A DNA stretch of 64,000 nt, taken from the NCBI GenBank assembly GCA_963761425.1, contig CAVXGQ010000005.1, forward strand, positions 60,391 through 124,390, given 5' to 3'. The position numbers were made by a program, and so were the translations under genes. The notes beneath the pieces were generated by a model. That model ran no database searches. It saw only the letters and a program-made list of their open reading frames with translations, and had not been told where the DNA came from. This DNA comes from an uncultured Acidimicrobiaceae bacterium (lineage in GTDB: Bacteria; Actinomycetota; Acidimicrobiia; Acidimicrobiales; Bog-793). This document shows positions 57,304 through 64,000 of the stretch, one piece after another (the first letter of the stretch is position 1; each line of letters begins with the position of its first letter).

Positions 57304-59238
57304 TCAGCCCTCGAGTTCGGTGAGCCTCGCGTCGAGTTGCGCGATCGCGGCATCGAGCACGGCGTGGACCGCGGGCCAGTCCCATGCCGCGAGCTGCTCG
57401 TGCCCCCAGACGCGACCAGCGACGTCGACGAAGCGACGCCTGACGACGGTGCGCGTCCTTCGCGGCTGAGGCTCACCACGCACGATTCGCAACACGTCTC
57501 GCATCGTGGGGCGCGCGGCGATCTCCTCCCTGGCATCCATCGGTCTCAACACGCTGACGTCGGCGAGCACAGCCGAAGGAGGTCCGCCCGGATGCGCCCG
57601 GACCCGAGCTCGCAACTTCGACAGCTCGGCGCGCCGTCTTCGGAGCGCACGGATTTCTGCTTTTCGCTGCCGCTCGAGCGCTTCCAGCGACCGGCGATAT
57701 TCACGCTTCGCCGCCGCGGCGTCGCGCGCCGCGGCTTCGCGGTCCCGTTTGTCCCGCGCCAGCTCAGCGTCCCGACTCGCCTTCGCCTCGTCGAGTTCGG
57801 CGCGCAGAGAGCGGGCGAAGGCGACCTCGCGCGAAGCCACCGGGATGATCTCTTCCAGCGCGCCCCGGCTTCTCGCCGCGCTCGCCTGTCGCCGGACTTT
57901 CGAGAGTCGCGCTCGCAGCGCGGCGGCCTCGGCGCGTTCGGTCCGTGGCACCGTCTTGATTGTCGCAACAGCCTGATCGATCGTCGTCACAAGGCGCGCC
58001 CGTTCTCCCGTGAGCTCGAGGTCCTCATGAATGGCTGCCTGGCGCCGCACCTTCACCTCTCCACGGATCCGCTCGCGAGACTCGGTCCGGGCTCTTGCTG
58101 CCTCCGCGAGCTCCCGGAGGCCGGGCACGTCTCCGAGCTGAGCAGCGATGTCGTCAATGGGCACATGCCAGTCGGGATCGACGAGGCCCACGACGGTTTC
58201 GGTGACCGTGAGGACGTCCGTGCCAATGAAGTAGGCGAGGCCGCGGAGGTCGACACCGCTCTCGAGCCCATAGCGCGCCGCCCGTCCCAGGGTGGCGAGT
58301 TCGAGCATCCGCAGGTCGACCCGATGGCGCCCCTCGTCGGTTAGGACATGGGCGACCCGCTCAAGGATGCGGATGCAGCTTTCGCCGACCCTGTCCGTGA
58401 CCGGCCTGTAACTGTCGAGCGATAGGGTCCCTGCACCCGTTCCCGCGAGTTCTGCCGCGCGCAACCGAGCGGGGAGGTCAGGGATGAGAACCTCGTCGAC
58501 GCAGATGGTCAGGGCCCGCCGGAAGTAGGGCTTCGCGACGACGGTCGCCCCGTCGCGGGGATTCCATGTCGCCATCACGGTGCCGGCGATCCGTACGGCG
58601 GTTCCCTCGACAGGGACGACCGGGTCGCCGTGGAAGAGGATCTGCGCTTGCCGCCGGACGTCCGTATCAGCTTCGCCGAGTTCGTCTAGGCAAACGAACG
58701 GGAGCGCCAGGTGTGACGCTGGCTCGAGCGCCCAGCCACCGTCGACTTGCCAGCGCCGGCCGAAGATCTCGCCGCGAGCCAGCGCGGGGACGTCGAGGAT
58801 CGCCTCCCTCCCGAGCCCAAGCGCCCGAGCGAGCAGCTCCGCCGCCGCCGTCTTGCCTCGTCCGAGCGCGCCGAAGGCGAAGAGCGCCGGGTGGAAGGCC
58901 CGATCGGGGTACAGACGTCGAGCCACAATGAGGTCTGCTGCCAGTCGACAGAATGCGCCCAGCGCCGGCGAGGGCCCGAAGATGGCCTCCACGGCCTCCT
59001 CGAATGGCCCTTGAGGCTCGCGGACCAGGGACCGCGCTGCGGCCCGGCCCGCGTTGGTGAGTTGCGGTCGGTTCTTGGGACCGGTGACGAGACCAGCAGC
59101 ACGAAGCTTCGCGAGCCCCTCAGTGACCGATCTAGACGGCCGCCCACTCGCCGCGGCAATCTCCGTCGGCGTAGCCGTTCCCCCGAGATCAGCGAGCGCC
59201 TGCAGGACGTCGTCCCGCGCCGTCGGGCGGCTCACCAT
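57304..59238 (-). CDS. orphan wHTH / P-loop NTPase / coiled-coil protein (644 aa)
   Basis: N-terminal MarR-like wHTH DDVLQALADLGGTATPTEIAAASGRPSRSVTEGLAKLRAAGLV. Walker A-like FGALGRGKTAAAELLAR and Walker B-like LPFVCLDELGE. A long Arg/Glu/Ala-rich heptad-like region runs from about residue 400 to 560. Confidence 0.7.
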   Translation of the reverse strand: MVSRPTARDDVLQALADLGGTATPTEIAAASGRPSRSVTEGLAKLRAAGLVTGPKNRPQLTNAGRAAARSLVREPQGPFEEAVEAIFGPSPALGAFCRLAADLIVARRLYPDRAFHPALFAFGALGRGKTAAAELLARALGLGREAILDVPALARGEIFGRRWQVDGGWALEPASHLALPFVCLDELGEADTDVRRQAQILFHGDPVVPVEGTAVRIAGTVMATWNPRDGATVVAKPYFRRALTICVDEVLIPDLPARLRAAELAGTGAGTLSLDSYRPVTDRVGESCIRILERVAHVLTDEGRHRVDLRMLELATLGRAARYGLESGVDLRGLAYFIGTDVLTVTETVVGLVDPDWHVPIDDIAAQLGDVPGLRELAEAARARTESRERIRGEVKVRRQAAIHEDLELTGERARLVTTIDQAVATIKTVPRTERAEAAALRARLSKVRRQASAARSRGALEEIIPVASREVAFARSLRAELDEAKASRDAELARDKRDREAAARDAAAAKREYRRSLEALERQRKAEIRALRRRRAELSKLRARVRAHPGGPPSAVLADVSVLRPMDAREEIAARPTMRDVLRIVRGEPQPRRTRTVVRRRFVDVAGRVWGHEQLAAWDWPAVHAVLDAAIAQLDARLTELEG

Positions 59239-59284
59239 CGCATGCCGGTGCCTCTCTCGGCGGTTGCCGGTGGTGATGGATGTG

Positions 59285-59390
59285 TTGCCGATCGCCCGTC
59301 TTCGCTTGCCGATCGCATTGCGGGGAGCACGAAGCGGCCACCGATGACCAGGACATATGCGCGGAGAGCTGGAGAACTATTGCCGATCGC
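59285..59390 (+). repeat. three direct copies of TTGCCGATCGC upstream of the wHTH/P-loop gene
   Basis: Exact 11-mers at 59285-59295, 59306-59316 and 59380-59390, 47-152 bp upstream of the ATG at 59238. Each contains the palindrome CGATCG. Confidence 0.75.
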
Positions 59391-59583
59391 CGCCTCGGGG
59401 GCCCCGTCAGGCGTCGACTGGGTTCGAAGGAGGCTGTACAGAGCTCGACCCCGGATTGCGCACCGCGCGTCCGTCGCGACAGACGACTCGCGAGGCCCCG
59501 CGGAGCTCGTGACCGCGCGACCTGCGCGGCCGCGGACATAGGCGCCAACACAACATTGGACATGACACCTTGGGTAGGGAGAA

Positions 59584-60069
59584 ACCTGTCCAACCTGTCC
59601 ACCTGTCCGCGCGGGGGCGCCAACCGTGCCTTGACTAGGAGCTTTCGCTCTCGTGGCGCGCGGATAAGTTGGCCGACGCGCGGACAGGTTGAGTTCCTCG
59701 CGGGCAGGTTCACCCTTGGTCACCGGGGCCGAGCTACGACGTCGTGAAGCCCAGAAGTGGATGACCACCAGGGAGAACGCCGCTGCGGACGCCGCTGCGC
59801 CGCGCGGACAGGTTCCCCCCTGCGCGGACAGGTTCCCCCCTTGCGTAACCCGATTGACTGTCCCGCGCGGGGATCGGCGAGGGTTCCATGGTGCAACCTG
59901 TCCGCGCTGGAAGCGGCCGCTGACCAGGGAACACGCCGCGGGCGCGGACAGAGTGGCCTCTTCGCGGACAGGTCGCGGACAGGTTGAACCGCAACCTGTC
60001 CGCGGTCTGCATAGGGGGTGACCAGGATAAATGCAGCCGCAGAGCCCCGCGCGGACAGGTTGGACAGGT
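59584..60069. repeat. iteron-like field: 12 exact GGACAGGT/ACCTGTCC cores plus degenerate copies; extended consensus GCGCGGACAGGTT
   Basis: Forward cores start at 59682, 59806, 59826, 59966, 59977, 60053 and 60062. Reverse cores start at 59584, 59593, 59601, 59896 and 59994. Degenerate copies lie near 59658, 59699, 59858 and 59946. Sub-arrays have 8-9, 11 and 20-bp periods. A 12-bp-arm palindrome CGCGGACAGGTT-gaaccgc-AACCTGTCCGCG spans 59974-60004. Confidence 0.9.
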
Positions 60070-60132
60070 TTCCCTTTCCTCTCGCGAAAACAGAGAGGGA
60101 AGAAGGAACGGGTACCTGCCAGCCCGGAGCAA

Positions 60133-61599
60133 TCAACACTGCAGCTGTGGCTGCTCATCAGGATCGGCGCCGATCAAGAGAAGTCGCGACCGGTCTCTTC
60201 CGCGCCGGCCGAGTTCGTGAACGGGCACGCCGGCGGCACGCAGGTGCGGGGCGACCCGTCTGAGGCTGTTAGCCGTTTGCTGGGGCCCGGCCGGCCAGCC
60301 GCGGGGCGTTTGCCCCTGGTCGCGCCGCCGGTTGAGCTCCTCGAGGAGCGCCGCGGCCGTGCCTCTCCATGGTCCCTTTTCCCGGACGAAGTCAACCACC
60401 GCCTGAGCGAGCGCAGACGATTCCAGGACTGCAGACGTCGCGCTCTCTCGGGCAGAGTCGAGCGCACTTACCATCGTGCCCGGAGGCAATCGCAATCCTT
60501 CCTCGGCGGCGACTGCAAAGCGCGCAGCGTCAGCCATGCGGGGCGGTCGCACCAGCTCGACCGATAAAAGGTGACGCAGTCCAGAGGCAAGACCATCTAG
60601 CAGGACGCCGAACATCTGTCCCGAGTCACGTCCGAAGTCTGAGCGCAGTCGCCGTTCGTCGAGACGCTGGTCATCGGGAATTCGCGGTGCCTCAACAACG
60701 TAGGAACGATCGAGCAGATCGGGCCGGCTTGCCGCCTCGGCTATCCCAGTGAGGACAACCGGCCGCGCGCTGGCGAAGACTTCCTCCTCTCGGTCTGCGT
60801 AGAGAGTGCGCGTGCCGAACCCCTCCCCACCCGCAACACGGCACAGCGCGTCGGAGAGACGGGGCTCCATCCCCGACACGTTGTCGAACCCGAGGACATG
60901 GCCGTTGTACGCCGCGATGACCAGATCACGCTCGTCGTGAGGGAGCGCCCGCAACGGCGCCTCGGCTGGGTCCACGAGGAGACGACAGAAGCGAGCCGTC
61001 GTCGTCTTCGCTGAACCCTGTTCGCCGTAGATGACGAGCAGCGGGTAAGGACCGCTTCCCGCGAGCGCGTTCACGAGCCACGAGAGCACGAGAGGGAATC
61101 CCTCATCGCTCACGTGCAGGTACCTGCGAAGTGTGTCAACCGAGCCGCCTCGTGTCGGCGCTGGAAGCGGCCGTAGCGTTCGGGGCCGTCGAAACGGAAC
61201 GGGCGGCGCCTCGACAACCGTCCAACCGGCTGGCGTAACCACCACGGCGGAGCCGCGCTCGTCGCCCAGATCGATGATGACCTGATTCTCGGATCGGGCG
61301 ACCCGGAGAAAGACCTCGTGCTGGCCACCCTCGTGGCATGCGATCACCTCGAGCGTGCGTTGGGCGTCGCCCCAGCTCTGCCCGGCAATGACCCGCCTCT
61401 TCCCTCCTGTGGCGAGGCGATGAGCGTGGAATGCTCCGACGAATTGACGCTCGAACGCCTTTGACTCCAAGGGGAACGTGCGCACTGATTCAATAATCGG
61501 CGTCCCCACGGTGGCAAATGCGTCCCCGGAAGTGTTGTGGAAGAGCTCGAGGGAGCCCTGCTCGACCAGCGCCTCAGCGAACGCGACAACCTCCTCCAC
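60133..61599 (-). CDS. P-loop ATPase, probable replicative (SF3/primase-associated helicase-like) protein
   Basis: Walker A YGEQGSAKTTTARF and Walker B-like HVLGFDNVS. Overlaps the upstream Toprim primase gene by 26 nt. The family assignment is an inference from context. Confidence 0.65.
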   Translation of the reverse strand: MEEVVAFAEALVEQGSLELFHNTSGDAFATVGTPIIESVRTFPLESKAFERQFVGAFHAHRLATGGKRRVIAGQSWGDAQRTLEVIACHEGGQHEVFLRVARSENQVIIDLGDERGSAVVVTPAGWTVVEAPPVPFRRPRTLRPLPAPTRGGSVDTLRRYLHVSDEGFPLVLSWLVNALAGSGPYPLLVIYGEQGSAKTTTARFCRLLVDPAEAPLRALPHDERDLVIAAYNGHVLGFDNVSGMEPRLSDALCRVAGGEGFGTRTLYADREEEVFASARPVVLTGIAEAASRPDLLDRSYVVEAPRIPDDQRLDERRLRSDFGRDSGQMFGVLLDGLASGLRHLLSVELVRPPRMADAARFAVAAEEGLRLPPGTMVSALDSARESATSAVLESSALAQAVVDFVREKGPWRGTAAALLEELNRRRDQGQTPRGWPAGPQQTANSLRRVAPHLRAAGVPVHELGRRGRDRSRLLLIGADPDEQPQLQC

Positions 61600-62569
61600 G
61601 ACCCTCGGTTCCGGATCCGGCCGCGTCCGCGATGTCCCTCGGACGGGTCTCGGCGGCTGCCGGGACCGAATCGGCTGCGTCGACGCGCCGCCAGAGCTCG
61701 TCGAGCGTGCCTCTGCCGTCGAGGTAGTCGCTCACGTCCCCGTGTTCTGGCAGCTCGGGGAACGAGACGATGCGGACGTCATCGATCACCGTCCGCAGTT
61801 GCGTTGCGACCTTCAGCGCGTGTTTCCGCCCGGGGGCGTCATTGTCCTCGAGCACGGCCGCCTGCCGGAATCCCCGGAGCGCGTTCAGATCCTGAGAGGT
61901 GAACGTCGGAGAGCTCGCGAAGTGCGTCGTTGTGACGAGCCCGAGCGCCGCGAGGCGGTCGGCGTCCTTTTCGCCCTCGGTGAAGACGAGCATCCCGTCG
62001 GCTTCGCGGCCATCTCGGGCTGCGATCACCTCCGGCAGGCGGTAGATGGCGCGCTCGTCGCCGGCGTCATATCGGATCGCACCGGGACGTTCGGGATCCG
62101 GGCGTCGAATGGCGAAGGTCTTTTGGTGCTCACCGTTCGCGGCCTTGCGCTCGAAACGGACCTTTTCGCAGAGCAGGCGGTCGTCGGCACCGCGGTACTC
62201 GTAATAGGCGACCGCTTGCCAACCGTCGCCGCGGGTCCATGGTCTCGGCAGCTCAGATCGCGCAGCGAGCGTCCCCACGCCATTGCTCGAGACGGGGCCG
62301 GCGCCGGCTTCTGGCCGGTACACCGGGGGCCGGCGAACGTCGAGCGCGCTCGACGCGGCGCCGGCGCCGTCGGCCTTCAGTTGTGCCGTGACGTACTCGT
62401 CGAGTGCGTGCACGGGAATGCGCCGTGCCCGGCCGACCTTGAAGCTTCGAAGCTGTCCCGAATTGATGAGGTCGTAGATGGTCGGCCGGCTTAGGTGGAG
62501 GCGTGCGGCCGCCTCATCCACCGTCAACAGCAGCCGAGGACCGTGAACGTCTCCTGGTGTGTCTGTCAT
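61574..62569 (-). CDS. excisionase-type HTH fused to a Toprim (DnaG-like) primase domain
   Basis: HTH LLLTVDEAAARLHLSRPTIYDLINSGQLRSFKVGRARRIPVHAL. Toprim LVFTEGEKDADRLAALGL (Glu) and AAVLEDNDAPGRKHA (DxD), then LPEHGDVSDYL. Confidence 0.8.
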   Translation of the reverse strand: MTDTPGDVHGPRLLLTVDEAAARLHLSRPTIYDLINSGQLRSFKVGRARRIPVHALDEYVTAQLKADGAGAASSALDVRRPPVYRPEAGAGPVSSNGVGTLAARSELPRPWTRGDGWQAVAYYEYRGADDRLLCEKVRFERKAANGEHQKTFAIRRPDPERPGAIRYDAGDERAIYRLPEVIAARDGREADGMLVFTEGEKDADRLAALGLVTTTHFASSPTFTSQDLNALRGFRQAAVLEDNDAPGRKHALKVATQLRTVIDDVRIVSFPELPEHGDVSDYLDGRGTLDELWRRVDAADSVPAAAETRPRDIADAAGSGTEGRGGGCRVR

Positions 62570-62651
62570 GCGCGCGAGGGTTACTCCAATGGCGAGCGCG
62601 ATGGCGGATCATGCGCCGAGCCGATGTTGGATGGCATGTAACATTGTCACA

Positions 62652-62984
62652 ATGGCTGGTCGTAGTGGTGCTGCCACGCTGGAACCACTCGACATCGCGA
62701 GCGCACGGGCGCGCCTCGGTCTCAGCCTTCGCGAGCTCGGTGCCGAGGTCGGCGTCAGCAGGGCAACCGTCCAGCGATGGGAGCGGCGAGAGGCGTCGGT
62801 TCCAGATTCCCTGGAGCTCACGCTCCGCCGTCTCCTCGCGGCGGGAAAGGAGTCTCCCGAAGAGCGCGTATTGCGAATGGTCCGCCAGGCAGGCGCCGCC
62901 ACGCGCTCCGAGCTCACCGTTGCTTGCTCCGATCGGCGCGAACGACGCGCTCTCTCCCGTCTCCTCGCGGCGGAGCGCTGGTTA
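62652..62984 (+). CDS. poly-HTH DNA-binding protein, N-terminal segment (before an apparent -1 frame change)
   Basis: MAGRSGAATLEPLDIASARARLGLSLRELGAEVGVSRATVQRWERREASVP (XRE-type HTH), then ERVLRMVRQAGAATRSELTVACSDRRERRALSRLLAAER (wHTH-like). Downstream of about 62980 this frame becomes Arg/Cys-rich nonsense while the next frame continues the domain. Confidence 0.6.
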
Positions 62985-64000
62985 CGGCCGCGGTGCCCCG
63001 TCGGGACGCGCGAGGCCGTCACTATTTGCGCGAGGCCATCTGTCTGGCAGGCAGTTCGAGGGCTGCCGCCCTGCCGATTGTTTCGGGCCCAGAACTTGCT
63101 CGCGCGCGCAGGGGCGCCAGCCTGTCCATCTTCGAGCTGGCGGCGCGCCTTGGCGTCGCGCCATCGACATTGCGCGTCTGGGAAGCGACGTCGCCGCCAG
63201 CAGCTCGAGTCGCCAACCTTGCCGCGGCGCTGCGCCTCGAGGGGGGCGAACTCCGCGCCGCTCGAAAAGCGGCCGGCCTGTCCTTGCGCCAGCTTGGCGC
63301 GCGTGCCGGCGTAACCCTGTCAGTCGTCGACGCATGGGAGAGAGGCAAGCGGCCCATCCCTGCGCGTCGACTCGTCGCTCTCAGAGGAGCCCTAGCCGTG
63401 GCGCAAGAGTCTGCAGATGAGCGCCCCGCGGGGCTCGAAGAACGGATCGTCGAACTTGTGCGGCGCCGGCCAGGAAGGACGCCTGCAGACGTTCGCCACG
63501 AGCTGCGCAAGCGTCGGGCCGGTCGTTATCGCACTGGTGCCGAAACAGACCGCGCGCTCCGTCGGCTACTTCGGGGCGGTCGGATCGTCGCGGCAGAGGT
63601 GGCGATAGTCGACGGACAAGGCCGCGCGCGAACGCGCTCCCGCCTCTATGTGCCGCACGCCCGTCCGGCGTCTCGTGGTCTGAAGCTCACCGGTGATGAG
63701 CTCGGGGCGAGACGTGTTGGAGCGGGGCTAAGTCAGCAGCGACTCGGATCGGCCCTGGGGAAGACCGGCGGATTCGTGGGGTATTGGGAGCGGCGCGGAT
63801 CAGCCCCCGTCCCCGAGCCTTGGGCGGCGCGACTGCTCGAGGAACTCGCCAGCACGCGGAATCGCCCCGATCCGACCGAGTTGGCTCGTGCCGGGATCGT
63901 CTCCGCAGTAGCACAACAGCCGGGATTGTCCCGCTGGCGGCTCCAAAAGGTTGTCGGGAATGGCAATTCGGCGCGCCGCGCGCTGCACGAACTCCTGCAT
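62978..64000 (+). CDS. poly-HTH DNA-binding protein, continuation (open at window end)
   Basis: Absent from the ORF track because there is no stop before 64000. My translation reads ...LVTAAVPRRDARGRHYL..GPELARARRGASLSIFELAARLGVAPSTLRVWE..GGELRAARKAAGLSLRQLGARAGVTLSVVDAWERGKRPIP. It continues ..ERIVELVRRRPGRTPADVRHEL...ALRRLLRGGRIVAAEVAIVDGQGRARTRSRLYV..GDELGARRVGAGLSQQRLGSALGKTGGFVGYWERRGSAPVP.. This gives three more XRE-HTH units and at least one more wHTH-like unit. Confidence 0.6.
   Translation, partial: MVTAAVPRRDARGRHYLREAICLAGSSRAAALPIVSGPELARARRGASLSIFELAARLGVAPSTLRVWEATSPPAARVANLAAALRLEGGELRAARKAAGLSLRQLGARAGVTLSVVDAWERGKRPIPARRLVALRGALAVAQESADERPAGLEERIVELVRRRPGRTPADVRHELRKRRAGRYRTGAETDRALRRLLRGGRIVAAEVAIVDGQGRARTRSRLYVPHARPASRGLKLTGDELGARRVGAGLSQQRLGSALGKTGGFVGYWERRGSAPVPEPWAARLLEELASTRNRPDPTELARAGIVSAVAQQPGLSRWRLQKVVGNGNSARRALHELLH

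Larger units (their letters stand above)
50875..64000. mobile_element. integrated genomic island at the tRNA-Tyr 3' end (right boundary beyond the window or unresolved)
   Basis: The integrase gene lies about 100 bp from the tRNA 3' end. The region also holds further recombinase genes/remnants, vapBC, a primase/ATPase replication module and dense repeat fields. It is visibly more AT-containing than the flanking core. No matching att repeat was found inside the window. Confidence 0.8.

Noticed and set aside
57277-58344. Plus-strand 355-aa ORF starting right after the second CCTAGTTAGGAG copy (AGGAG then ATG)
   Set aside because: There is no spacer between the SD-like AGGAG and the ATG. The ORF is fully antisense to the well-structured 644-aa gene, and its translation is low-complexity. 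Considered a shadow ORF.
59584-60069. Possible CRISPR array, given the many short repeats in a non-coding stretch
   Set aside because: The repeats are only 8-13 bp, occur in both orientations, and have irregular spacing (8 to about 120 bp). There are no unique spacers of constant length and no cas genes in the window. An iteron/operator field fits better.
59232-60158. 308-aa minus-strand ORF spanning the whole repeat-rich gap
   Set aside because: The translation is Arg/Cys/Pro/Gly-rich and non-protein-like. Its apparent peptide repeats (TCPR, NLSA) merely re-translate a DNA motif that is also present in the opposite orientation. Long stop-free frames are expected by chance at this GC content.

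Overview
High-GC actinobacterial chromosome segment; mycothiol genes, Ni-SOD and Rex fit that assignment. Positions 1-50.9 kb are ordinary core genome. In order they hold glpD (partial), a PotD/Afu-type ABC importer, an IS3 remnant, three secreted proteins, a 2-hydroxyacid dehydrogenase with glycerate kinase, and a peptide/nickel-type ABC importer behind a ~750-nt gene-free leader. Next come a GH3 hydrolase, a PIG-L deacetylase, sodN/sodX, mshA, proC, a small HTH gene, rex-hemA-hemC/D(fused)-hemB-hemL, a frameshifted geranylgeranyl-reductase (MenJ-like) gene, the complete nuoA-N operon, yajQ and tRNA-Tyr(GTA). From the 3' end of tRNA-Tyr (about 50.88 kb) to the window end lies an integrated island with visibly lower GC. 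It carries an integrase GTGA-coupled to a zinc-ribbon gene, an integrase fragment, vapBC, and a second atypical tyrosine recombinase flanked by exact 12-bp direct repeats. It also carries an orphan wHTH/P-loop/coiled-coil protein, an HTH-Toprim primase with a P-loop helicase-like ATPase, and a poly-HTH protein. A ~900-bp gene-free stretch immediately 3' of the ATPase gene holds 12 exact and at least 4 degenerate copies of GGACAGGT in both orientations, which I read as an iteron/origin field. The primase / ATPase / iteron field / orphan DNA-binding proteins module is the best candidate here for a poorly described system: a replicative, satellite-like integrative element. All protein calls rest on motifs read by eye from the translations; no database search was possible.
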